64,000 nucleotides of DNA from an uncultured delta proteobacterium (GTDB taxonomy: Bacteria > Myxococcota > Kuafuiibacteriia > Kuafuiibacteriales > Kuafuiibacteriaceae): contig CAWDML010000009.1 in NCBI GenBank assembly GCA_963803435.1, forward strand, positions 576,001 to 640,000. The letters are read 5' to 3'. Positions 36,254-46,465 of this stretch are shown here, piece after piece (position 1 is the first letter of the stretch; each line of letters opens with the position of its first letter). A program made the position numbers and the translations under genes. The notes under the pieces are model-generated. The model had not been told where the DNA came from, did no database searches, and was given only the letters and a program-made list of their open reading frames with translations.

Positions 36254-37741
36254 GTGGTGGAGTGCGACGTCGCCGTCATCGGAGGGGGCCCCGCAGGTGC
36301 AGCGGCCGCCACCGTCCTCGCGGGACACGGACATCGCGTGCACGTCCTCGAACGCGCCCGGCTGCCTCGCGCGCACGTCGGTGAGTCGCTCCCCCCGAAG
36401 GTGGCGCCTCTTCTCGCGATCCTGGGAGTCGCCGAGCGCATCGACGCGGCCGGATTCGAGCGGATGCGCGGGACCACGATCGCGCGGGGGAACGGGATCG
36501 ACAGCCACGACTTCCACCCCGGCGGTGCGCTGCGAGGGTATCAGGTCGATCGGGCTCGGTTCGATCGGATCCTGATCGAACGGGCGCGAGAGGTCGGCGC
36601 GACGGTCCTGGAGGAGGCGGCCTTCACCGGGGTGCTGCGCGAGGGCTCACGCGTGGTCGGTGTCTGCTTCTCGCACGGCGGGGGTGCGGAGGAGCTCCGC
36701 GCCCGCTTCGTGGTCGACGCCTCCGGGACCCCGGCGGTGGTCTCGCGCGCGCTCGGGATGAAGCGCCGCGATGCGATCCGCACGGTCGCCCTGTCGGCGT
36801 ACTGGGAAGGGACGCGGGCACCGGTGACGTTTCCGGCGACCAACACGCTCTTCGAGATGGTGGAGGACGGCTGGGTGTGGTCGCTCCTGCGCGCGGACGG
36901 GCTCCGAAACGTCACGCTCGGGCTCGATCCTGCAACCCTCCAGACCGCCGGGGTCTCGAAGCGAGAGGTCTATCTCGAGCGGGTGCGCGACGGGTTGCTG
37001 GTGGCGCCGCTGCTCGAGGGGGCGCGCCTCACCGGGACGGTCGAGATCGCCGACGCCACCTGGTCATCGGCCGAGCGCTACGCGGGGGATGGCTTTCTGT
37101 TCGCCGGGGACGCGGCCTCCACCATCGACCCGCTCACGTCGCAGGGCGTCTACAAGGCGCTCCAGTCCGGCATCGTGGGAGCGGCTGCGATCAACACCTG
37201 CTTGTCGCGCCCGGAGGACGCCGCCCTGGCGCTCGTCTACTACCAGGCGTCTCAGGAGGAGTTCCAGCGCAACTACGCCGAGATCGCGCTCGACCTTCTA
37301 TCGCGCTTCACCGTTTCAGGAGGCGCCCTTTTGGAGGACGCGCATGCGCTCGGAGGCCCTGGCGGAGGCCGGCATCGACGCGGACCGCATCAAGGAGGAG
37401 CTCGACCGCCGCCTGGCCTTCTACGAGCGCCTCGGTCGCTCCGGCGGGTCGGGCCTGACGGCGGCGCGGCGGGCAGATTCTGTCCTGCGAGCTGCGGCCC
37501 GCCGCCGAGGGCGGGTTCATCGTCAAAAAGCCAATGCTCTCCGACGGAACGGCGCGCCCGGTCGACAGCGGGCGCCTCGACGCTCCGCTGCTCCTCGAGC
37601 TCCTCGACGGCCGCACGCTCTCCGAGGTGTTCGAGGCGTACGTCGCGCGGACCGGCGAGGAGCGCTCGTCCCGCCTCGGCCGCTCGCTTCTCACGACGGT
37701 GGCCCAGCTCGCGGCTCGGGATTCTGATCGAGGTGGTCTAG
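36254..37741 (+). CDS. Flavin-dependent halogenase/oxidoreductase family; frameshifts in the 3' third
   Basis: VIGGGPAG, PRAHVGESL, VDRARFD, VVDASG, GWVWSL, AGDAA..DPLTSQGV; C-terminus spread over three frames. Confidence 0.82.
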   Translation: MVECDVAVIGGGPAGAAAATVLAGHGHRVHVLERARLPRAHVGESLPPKVAPLLAILGVAERIDAAGFERMRGTTIARGNGIDSHDFHPGGALRGYQVDRARFDRILIERAREVGATVLEEAAFTGVLREGSRVVGVCFSHGGGAEELRARFVVDASGTPAVVSRALGMKRRDAIRTVALSAYWEGTRAPVTFPATNTLFEMVEDGWVWSLLRADGLRNVTLGLDPATLQTAGVSKREVYLERVRDGLLVAPLLEGARLTGTVEIADATWSSAERYAGDGFLFAGDAASTIDPLTSQGVYKALQSGIVGAAAINTCLSRPEDAALALVYYQASQEEFQRNYAEIALDLLSRFTVSGGALLEDAHALGGPGGGRHRRGPHQGGARPPPGLLRAPRSLRRVGPDGGAAGRFCPASCGPPPRAGSSSKSQCSPTERRARSTAGASTLRCSSSSSTAARSPRCSRRTSRGPARSARPASAARFSRRWPSSRLGILIEVV

Positions 37742-37813
37742 GCTGGTGTGCGCATGCGCTGCGCGGGCGGCACCTGACGGACCTACCGGCAGGTCCGCTA
37801 GAGTGATTCTACC

Positions 37814-38218
37814 GTGACCGAGGATGCTTACGAGCTCACCACCGAGGATCTGATCGAGACGTTCGACACCGACTCGATCGCGCCGCCGTCTGTGCAAGTT
37901 GGCTTGCCGACGCCGCGGACTCGCTCGAACGTCTCGGTGACCGGAGCGACGCCGCCTCCAGCGCCGACCGCCGACCGACCTCGGTTCGTGCCCTCGGCGC
38001 TCTCTCGGCCGATCAAGGAGCGGACGCGCAGCCAACGCGAGCTGAAGCTCGACGAGGGGCCGACCAGCCTGGTGTCGAAGGCCGCCGCGTTCTTCGAGGA
38101 GGCGCTCGAGGCGGAGCGGGAAGGGGACGTAGCTGCTGCGATCCGCCACGTGAAGCTGGCGATGACGTTCAACCCCGCCGACCCACGGTATGCGGGCTTC
38201 CTCAGCAAGCTCCGCTGA
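37814..38218 (+). CDS. Hypothetical protein with a C-terminal TPR-like helix pair
   Basis: FFEEALEAE..AAIRHVKLAMTFNPADPRY. Confidence 0.65.
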   Translation: MTEDAYELTTEDLIETFDTDSIAPPSVQVGLPTPRTRSNVSVTGATPPPAPTADRPRFVPSALSRPIKERTRSQRELKLDEGPTSLVSKAAAFFEEALEAEREGDVAAAIRHVKLAMTFNPADPRYAGFLSKLR

Positions 38219-38221
38219 AGC

Positions 38222-41200
38222 TCACTTCTCAGGCTCGGTGCCGGCGCGGAGCCCGTGTCCGTTGCTCGCTCCGTCCGACAGCGCGTTGAGCTTCATCAGC
38301 TCGATCAGCTCGAGCAGGGGCCTCGTCAAGCTCCGCACCTCTTCCAGGTTCTGCGCGGAAGAACGAACGAGCGGGAGCAGCGCCGCCTCCAGCTCCTTGG
38401 GGGCCTGGTTCTGGACCTCGACCCTGACCTCGGAGGGTGAGCTCAGCTTCGCCACCGCCGAGTCGAGCCTCGCCAGATGCTGGTCGAGCCAGGCGTCGCT
38501 CCGCTCGGCGCCCATCGCCTCCGCGATCCGCATCTGGATCCGATCGAGGTGCTCGCCCAGGCTCCCGATCGTCGAGGTGACACGCACGACTGGGTCCTGA
38601 TCGCCGCCGCCGGTGACCTGCACGCGCCGGAAGTCCTTCTTGATCTGCTCCCAGCGCTGCGACTCCTCGTCGGTGAGGCGCCCGCGCAGCTCGGCGAGCT
38701 TGAGCAGGTTGTGCTCGGCGCCGGTCGTCAGCGTCTGGGCCTCGCTCCGCGTAGTGATCGTCGATCAGCGCCTCCAGCTCGGCGTCGTTCATCGCCGGCA
38801 CGACCTTCTCGGCGAGCTTGTTCATGTTGCGGTAGCTGCCCTGGAGCTTGAACGGCGGCTCGGTGCGGAAGCGGTCGTCCTGCGACGCCGACGCGATGTA
38901 CTCGCGGTTCACGGCCAGGAGCACCTCTCGCGCCGCGAACAGCCGCTGAGAGCACCGCGACGATCTCCTCGCTCTCGACGCGGAGTAGGCGTGCGCGAAG
39001 TCGGTCGTCCGGGACCTCCTCGCCCCTCGCCATGCGGATGAGCTTGTAGGCGTCGTCGAGCGCGCGCGCGGCGAGCGGCGCGAGCACCGGGTTGGAGGTG
39101 AGCGCGTTCTCGACGTAGCAGAGCGCGAAGAGCTCGTCCTTGCCGTGGAGGATGTCGCCGAGGTTGTAGGTGTCGGCGCGGTTCGCCAGCATGTCGGGGA
39201 TCTGGAACTTCTCGCCGGACTCCGTGTACGGATTGCCCGGCCATGACCACGCAGAACTTCTTGCCGCGCAGGTCGTAGGTCCGCGTCTGGCCCTTCCAGA
39301 CGCCCTCGATCCGCCGCTGCGCGTCGCACAGCGAGATGAACTTCTGCAGCAGCTCCGGGTTCGTGTGCTGGATGTCGTCGAGGTAGAGCATCACGTTGTT
39401 GCCCATCTCGAACGCGAGGTTGATCTTCTCGACCTCCTGGCGCGCGGTGGCGTTGGGCGCCTCGGCGGGATCGAGCGAGGTCACCTCGTGGCCGAGCGCC
39501 GGGCCGTTGACCTTCATGAAGACGAGCCCGAGCCGGCTGGCCACGTACTCCATCAGCGTGGTCTTGCCGTAGCCGGGCGGCGAGACCAGCAGCAGCAGGC
39601 CCATCAGGTCGGTGCGCTTGCTCTCGCCGGCCGCGCCGATCTGCTTGGCGAGGTTGTCGCCGATCAGCGGCAGGTAGACCTCGTTGATCAGCCGGTTGCG
39701 CACGAAGGAGGTGAGCACGCGCGGCTTCAGCTCGTCGAGCCGCAGGCGGCGCCGCTCGCGCTCGACGATCTCGGCGCGCAGCGCGCGAAACGCTCGGAAG
39801 GCCGGCACCCGGACCTCGCGAGAACGCGGTCGAGCCGCGCGAGGAACTCGTCGAGGCGGAGGCGAAGGGTGCGCTCCACGATACGCGGGTGCTGGCCGAG
39901 CAGCCCCTCGATCGTGACTGCGGTGACGCGCTGCTCTCGACGCGCGGCAGGCCCTCCGTCACCAGCAGCACCGCCGCCTCGATCAGCGAGGGCGCCAACG
40001 CCTCGATCGCGCCCGAGCCGCCCTCGAGCAGCGCCTCGAGGTAGGCGAGGGCGACGGACAGCTTCTCGGGAAGGCTCCGCTCGAGAGCCTCGAGGTCCTC
40101 CTCGAACAGCCGGAGCGTGCCCTCCAGCGTGACGTGCTGGAACAGGGCGTCGCGGAGCTTGACCGCGTCGCGCCCTGGTGAACGAAGGACGGTCCGCGAT
40201 CAGCTCCTCGACCAGGTACCGCCCGGCCAGGCGTAGCGTGCCGGTCCGGTGCTCGATCGCGTGCGCCTCCAGGAAGTCCGCGATCGCACCCGAGAGCTCG
40301 CCGGCGAGGGTCTCCTCGGCGCGCTGGTGGGCGAAGGATCGCCGCGAGCCGCCCCAGGCTGCGGGCGCGCCGCTGCCAGAGCGCCTTGCGATCGGCGTCG
40401 TCGAGGTACGCCCAGAAGAGGCACGCCCACGCGCGCGGCTCGGGGCGAAGCGAAGCAGCCCGCGCTGTGGCGCAGCGCCGCCAGCAACTTGTCCAGGATC
40501 GCGGCCGCGTCGGCGTCGTGGACGCCGCGCTCGTAGCCCTCGTCGTAGCGGTCGGCCGCGTACCTTCGAACGGCCTCGAGCAGCTCGCCGCTCTCGAGGC
40601 GCGACGAGATCCGAGATCGCGCATCATCGAGGACGCGAGGTACTCGCCGCGGTAGACCGCGTCCGTCTCGGAGACGAGCTTCTGGTCCCAGAGCGCGCGG
40701 CCGGCCTCGAAGCGGGGATCGTCGATCTTCTCGTAGTACTGCGTGCCGGTGAGGTGCAGGTACATCGCGCCGTCGCGCGGCACCAGCGTGAGCTCGAGCG
40801 GCTGCGTGTTGACGTTGAACCGGTGCTGCCCGAGCTTGATGACGCTCTCGCCGTCGTCGTAGAGGTCCAGCTTGTCGCGCAGGTCCGCGGAGGCGTCCTG
40901 CTTGGCCGACTTCAGGCGCGACTCGATCTCGTCGGCCTTCACCGTGTCGCCGAGCTCGACGAGCTGCCCGACGAGCTCCCGGAGCTTGAGCACCATCGCG
41001 TCGGAGGCGAAGTACGCGTTGAGCTCGTCGTCCTCGCCGAAGCTCTTGGCGCGCCGATTCACGCTCTCCAGGATCCGCTCGGCCGCGGTGGCGATGTTCT
41101 GGGCCCGCCGCTGGCGCTCGTCGAGGAGCTGCTGCTTCTTGGCCTCGAAGGCCTCGTAGACCTCCTCGCGCTTGCTCGCGAGCTCGCCGAGGAACTCGTC

Positions 41201-43433
41201 GAACTCGCCGAACCGGCCCTCCAGCTCCTCGAGCTGGACCATCAGGCGCGAGAGCTGCTCGTCGCAATGCTCGGGCGTGTCGGCCAGGGCGATCGCGCTG
41301 GTCACGCTCTGGCCGAGCAGCTTGAACTGGGCGCCGAACTCGGCCTTGCCCTCCCTCGAGAGCAGCGTCGCTTGTGCGGTGACCAGCGTCGCGCGCACGC
41401 GGTTCAGGTGGGCGAACACCTCGGAGATGTGCTCCAGGATCTCGGTGCGCTGCGGTGGCGTCGTCGACCTCCAGCCCGGCCACCGTCTCGGAGAGGAGGT
41501 CGAGCCCCTGCGTGAGGATCGTCCAGCTCCTTCTCCAGCGGCACGAGCTCGGTTGGCCTTGTCGGTGTCCTCGACCTTGGCGAGCAGCGCCTCGAGCTGC
41601 TCGAGCAGCGGGGACAGCGCGTCGTCGGCGAGGAGGAAGGCGACGCAGTGCTTGCTGACGCGTCGAACTGCTCGACGACCTCCTGCTCGAGGCGGTCGAG
41701 CGCGGCCAGGTCGATGTAGCGCACCTCGCTCAGCGTGATGAGCTGGCCGCGCTGCTTCCTGAGCGCCGCCAGCGCGTCGAGGAACTCCGAGATCTGCTTC
41801 GAGTCTTCCGGACGGAGCTCGCGGACGATCGCCTTCTGCTGCTCCTCGGTCTGCTTCAGCGCCTGCTCGGCGCGTTCGCGGAGCGCCAGCACCTTCTCGA
41901 ACTCGTCGACGATCAGCTCGGCGTGGTCTTGATCTCGATCGAGCGTGGTCTTGAAGTCGCCCGCCTCGGCCTCGCCGAGCCAGTAGTAGCTGTCGACGCA
42001 TCCGGGTGACGTTCGCGATCAGGTCCTCGTAACTCTGGCGCGTCGGGCGCTCCTGATGGATCGGCGGACGCATCGAGTCAGGCGTCGGAGATCCCGCGCA
42101 CCAGATCGGCGTTGCCGACCTTGGCCAGGTAGGAGCCGCGTCGGGGCGTGGCGGCCGCGAACTCGGCGGAGGTGAACGGGCGTCTGCCAGATCTGCATCG
42201 GGTGCACGCGGGTCGGCTCGTCTGAGACCGCGCGGAACACCACCATGTTGCCGTCGTCGAACAGGCTGAAGCCGTGGCAGACGGATCGGGTTCTGGACCT
42301 CCTTGCGGATCAGGTTGTAGGGGAGGAGCACGTAGCGTCCCGCGAGCTCGTGATAGAAGACGTAGAGCACGTCCTCGCCGTTCGGGCGAGCTGATCGCCC
42401 GCATGAAGCTCGAGGTTCGTCGTAGTCGCCGTCGAAGACCTTGTGCTCGCCGGTCTGCAGGTAGTAGCCGCCGGGGAAGATGATCCCGTGGTCCTCGGGC
42501 AGCTGACGCAGGCCTCGCCGATCGCGTCGAGCCGGCGCACGTCCTTGGTCCGCGTGTTGAACACCAGGTGGCGCCAGGCGTTCTCGCGATAGGGCAGGAT
42601 CTTGAGGAGAATCAGCGGACCCGACCTTCGCGTAGTGGATCTCGGCGTCGTCGAGCGTCTGGCGCGGGTCGTCGACCGGCTCGCGGTAGATGCCCAGCCC
42701 GTCCTCGGTGTTGTTCTCGACCTTGATCGTGAGATCGCCGCCGACGGTCTCGACGAACACCTGGTCGAGGATCGAGACGTGCGGGTGGCGCCCCGAGACC
42801 TGGTCCTCGCGGGTGGTCTGGATCCACTCGAAGTCGATGCGGCGGCGGCAAGACGTGGTCGCGCTCGCCCGCGGTTGTCGATGTACGTCGGGTTCCGTCG
42901 GGATCGAGCGACCAGCGGAGCACCTTGACGTCGTCGAGCGTCGCGGCCGACCTGGAACACCGCGAGCAGCTGCGTCTCGCTGCGAGATCTCGGATCACGA
43001 GCAGCTTGGCGTCCTTGTAGTACCGGTACAGCTCGTCGAAGTCGCGGGCGAAGCCGGGATCGACCAGCAGGCCGGGGACGCTGTCCGCCGGGGCCTGCGA
43101 TAGATCGAAGCCACCCTCGGGGGTGCGCTCGAAGCGGTGCAGGCTGAAGACGTCGCCGACCTGGTCTCGGTGCTTGAGACCGATGAAGACGTTGTAGCCG
43201 AAGAGCAGCTGCCCGCCGACCTGGACGATGTCGCGGGGGACGCAGTTGTTCTCGGTGCGCACGCGCTCGTTGCCGATCACCGCGAGCTCGGTCCCGCCGA
43301 AGGTCTCCTTGCGGCGGGCGTTGAGCTGGTCCGCCTTCCCGGTCAGCACCTCGGCCGGCTCGAGAAGGCGGGATCGGATGACCTCGTAGCTCCCGCCCTC
43401 GAGGGCGTCGTTCGTCTGCTCGCCGTCGCTCAT
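38222..43433 (-). CDS. Large (~1700 aa) AAA+ ATPase of the DUF3686 'DNA repair ATPase' type; many frameshifts
   Basis: N-term GGSYEVIRSRL..RVRTENNCVPRDI..LFGYNV; FVETVGGDLTIKVENNT; Walker A SPPGYGKT, Walker B LYLDD, ANRAD; pieces in several frames. Confidence 0.85.
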
Positions 43434-45535
43434 CAGTTCGGCTCGTCGACTCCCAGCTCCTTGGCCTTTTCGACCAGGCTCTCGAGCTTCTTCTTCGTCT
43501 CACCGTCGGCGCCGGCCATCATCTTGCCGAGGAAGTTCGACACCGTGTCGCCGTTCGCCAGGTACTTTCCGAAGAGGTGCTGGACGTGGTTGCTGTTGTC
43601 GACCACGCCGTCGACCGCCTGGCCCACCGAGACCGCGTTGATGAACCGGTCGAAGAACTGTCCGTCGCCGCCGACGATGTTGATGTTCGCCTCCTCCAAG
43701 GCCTCGCACATGATCTTCGCGCGCTGCTCGGCGATCGCCTTGCGGGCCTCGATCTCGGCCAGCGCCACCTGACGGTCCATGTCGAGCCGCAGCCGGAACT
43801 CCTCGTGGCCGCGGCTGGCCTCGTCGAGCAGCTTCATCGCGGCGGCCTTCTCGCGGATCGCCAGGGCCTCCGCCACGCCTTCCTTCTCCCGGACCTCGGC
43901 GCCTCGGCCTCGCCGATCCGCGCGCCGACCAGGCCCTGCTCCTCGCGCCCTTGGCCTCGGCCAGCAGCTTCTCGCGGACGATCGAGGCCTCGGCGACGCC
44001 GCGCTTCTCGATCGCGTGGGCCTCGGCCTCCTGGACGCTGACCCTCGCCAGGCCCTTCTCCTGCTCACCGGCGGCCTCCGCCTCCAGCTGTCCGCGCGTG
44101 ACGCGGGCCTTGGCGTTGCCCTCCTTCTCGATCGCGACCGCGTCGGCCTCCTTGACGCGGACCTCGGCCAGGCCCTCGGCGGCAGCCTCGGCCTGGGTGC
44201 CCTCGGCCAGCCGGATCTTGGCCTTGGCGTGCTTGTCGGCGGCCTCGAGCTCGGCGTCGGCCAGCGTGAGCTTCTCCTTGGCCTTGAACTTGGCCGCCTC
44301 TTCGCTGGCCTCGGCGGCGCGCACGGTCTTCACCAGCCTTCCTGCGCCTCGGCCTCGGCGTGCGATGACCTGGACCTCCTTCTTCCGCTTGGCCTCGGCC
44401 ACCGCGCGGACGTCCTTGATCCGCTCCTCCTCCTCGGCGACCGTCTTGTCGACCGCGATGCGCGCGCGGATGACGTCCGCGATCTCCTTCTTCTCGATCT
44501 CGAGCTCCTTCTCCTTGGCGATCCGCTTGACAGCTCGGTCTCGCGCTCGCGGATGATCTGCCTCCAGGGCCTGGTCCTTCTCGACGCGCTCGTTCTCGAC
44601 GGCACCACGCGCTCCTGGTTCTTCTTCGCGACCTCGATCTGGCGGTTCTTCGCCTCTTCGCTGACCTCGACCTCTTCCTCGGCCTTGATTCGCGCGATCT
44701 CGGCCTTCTGGTGCTCCTCGGCCTGGACCTCTGGGTCTCGGCCTCCTCGCGCGCCCTCACGGTCGCGATCTCGCGGGCCTGCTTGGCCGCGGCGTCCGCA
44801 CAGCTGCCGCTCGAGCTCCAGGATCGCCTCCTCGGCCTCGACGTTCTGCTTCTTGATCTGCTTGCGCTCGGTCTGCTTGAGGTCGTTGGTCTGAACGCTC
44901 TGGAGCGTGGTCAGCTCGGTGATCTTGCGGATGCCCTGGGCGTCGAGGATGTTGTGCGGGTCGAGGGACTCCATCGGGGTCTGCTCGAGGAAGTCGATCG
45001 CCGCGTCGTCGAGGACGTAGCCGTTGAGGTCGCGGCCGATCGTCCTGGATGATCTGGTCCTTGAAGCTCGTCCCGCTTGGTGTAGAGCTCCTCGAAGTCG
45101 AGCTGCTTGCCGACGGTCTTGAGGGCCTCGGAGAACTTGGCGCTGGAACAGCTCCTCGAGCGTCCTCTGGTCCGAAGCGCGCGCGCAGCCGACCTGCTGG
45201 GCGACCTTGAGCACGTCCTCGGTGGTCTTGTTCACCCGCACGAAGAACGTGACCTTGATGTCCGCCCGGATGTTGTCCTTGCAGATCAGGCCTTCCTTGC
45301 CGCGCCGATCGATCTCGATGGTCTTGACCGAGATGTCCATGACCTCGGCCCGATGGATCACCGGGAGCACCAGGCCGCCGGTGAAGGTCACGATCGGATC
45401 CTTGCTCATCTTGTTGACGATCAGGGCCTTGCCTTGATCGACCTTTCGATAGAACTTGGCCACCATCGCGGCGAACCCGGCGATGATGATCGCCAGGACC
45501 ACGACTACGACTGCAGCGACTATCAGGTTTTGCAT
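43433..45535 (-). CDS. Flotillin-like SPFH protein (YqiK-like); many frameshifts
   Basis: TM then FYRKV, GLICKDNIRADIKVTFFVRVN, DAQGIRKIT; AE-rich coiled coil; IVGGDGQFFD; TGATG coupling to the ATPase. Confidence 0.88.
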
Positions 45536-45548
45536 CGTTACCTCGACC

Positions 45549-46334
45549 TCACTTGGTTTGGCCTTGCCGTTGGGCATGGCCGGCCCGCTTCTTGGCGAGC
45601 TCGTTCTTTTCAGCGGAGCGAAGGGGCTCCACCCGGAAGGCATCGCGTTCGGCGTCCCACCCGATGATCAGCGCCTCGTCCCCCCGGTTCAGCTCGGAGG
45701 GACGATCGGAGCGGACCTGGATCTTGTGCTCGGTGCCGCCGTCTCGCGCGATCGCCTGGCCGAACTTGGCGTCGACGGATCCCGTATCGATGATGCAGGT
45801 GCGTCCGATCAGGTCGCGGTTGCGCTCGGCCTCGTGGGTGATGAACAGCGGTCCTAGAGGTCGAGCGACCACGTTGGCGGTGGGGAGCGCGGCCACCATC
45901 GAGATCAGCAGGACCCCGATGCCGGTGAGCCACGCGGGGAGAACGACGTCGAGCGCCGGCGCCAGGTAGGCCATCGCGAAGTAGCTGAGCACCCATCCGG
46001 AGAGCGCGAACAGGCTGAGGATGACGGTGACGGGCGCGGGACGCTTGCCGAGGAGCCCGTAGAACGTGAGGAGGCCCTCGCCGGCGTCGTGCACCTCGTG
46101 GATCTCGTGTGCGCCCTCTGCGGCGCCCTCCGCGGCGCCCTCTGCGGCCCCTTCCGCCGCGCCTTCCATCGTACCCTCGGCGCCGCCCTCGGCGGCGCCT
46201 TCCAGGCTGTCGAACATGTGGATGTCGAGCGCGCCGATGATCACGAACATCCAGTAGATGAGCACCACGCCGAGCATCACGGTGAAGACCACGGTGGGGA
46301 ACGATGTGATCGATTCGACCAGTGTCATCATCAT
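45549..46334 (-). CDS. YqiJ/DUF1449-like membrane protein with OB fold
   Basis: FPTVVFT..YW..IIG; acidic loop; PVTVILS; IGRTC..SVDAKFGQA; directly upstream of the flotillin. Confidence 0.85.
   Translation of the reverse strand: MMMTLVESITSFPTVVFTVMLGVVLIYWMFVIIGALDIHMFDSLEGAAEGGAEGTMEGAAEGAAEGAAEGAAEGAHEIHEVHDAGEGLLTFYGLLGKRPAPVTVILSLFALSGWVLSYFAMAYLAPALDVVLPAWLTGIGVLLISMVAALPTANVVARPLGPLFITHEAERNRDLIGRTCIIDTGSVDAKFGQAIARDGGTEHKIQVRSDRPSELNRGDEALIIGWDAERDAFRVEPLRSAEKNELAKKRAGHAQRQGQTK
46110..46203 (-). repeat. In-frame 12-bp tandem repeat encoding (AAEG)n
   Basis: EGAAEGGAEGTMEGAAEGAAEGAAEGAAEGA. Confidence 0.85.
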
Positions 46335-46465
46335 TCCACCCGACCGGGACCGGGCTCTGAGAAGCTATGAAAGCACGTGAGGCCGCCGGTCCAGAGCGAC
46401 GGGTCTACTACCGACCGGAGGTTGCCGCAACGTGAGGAGCGCTTATCATCCCGGAGCCGCCCCTG

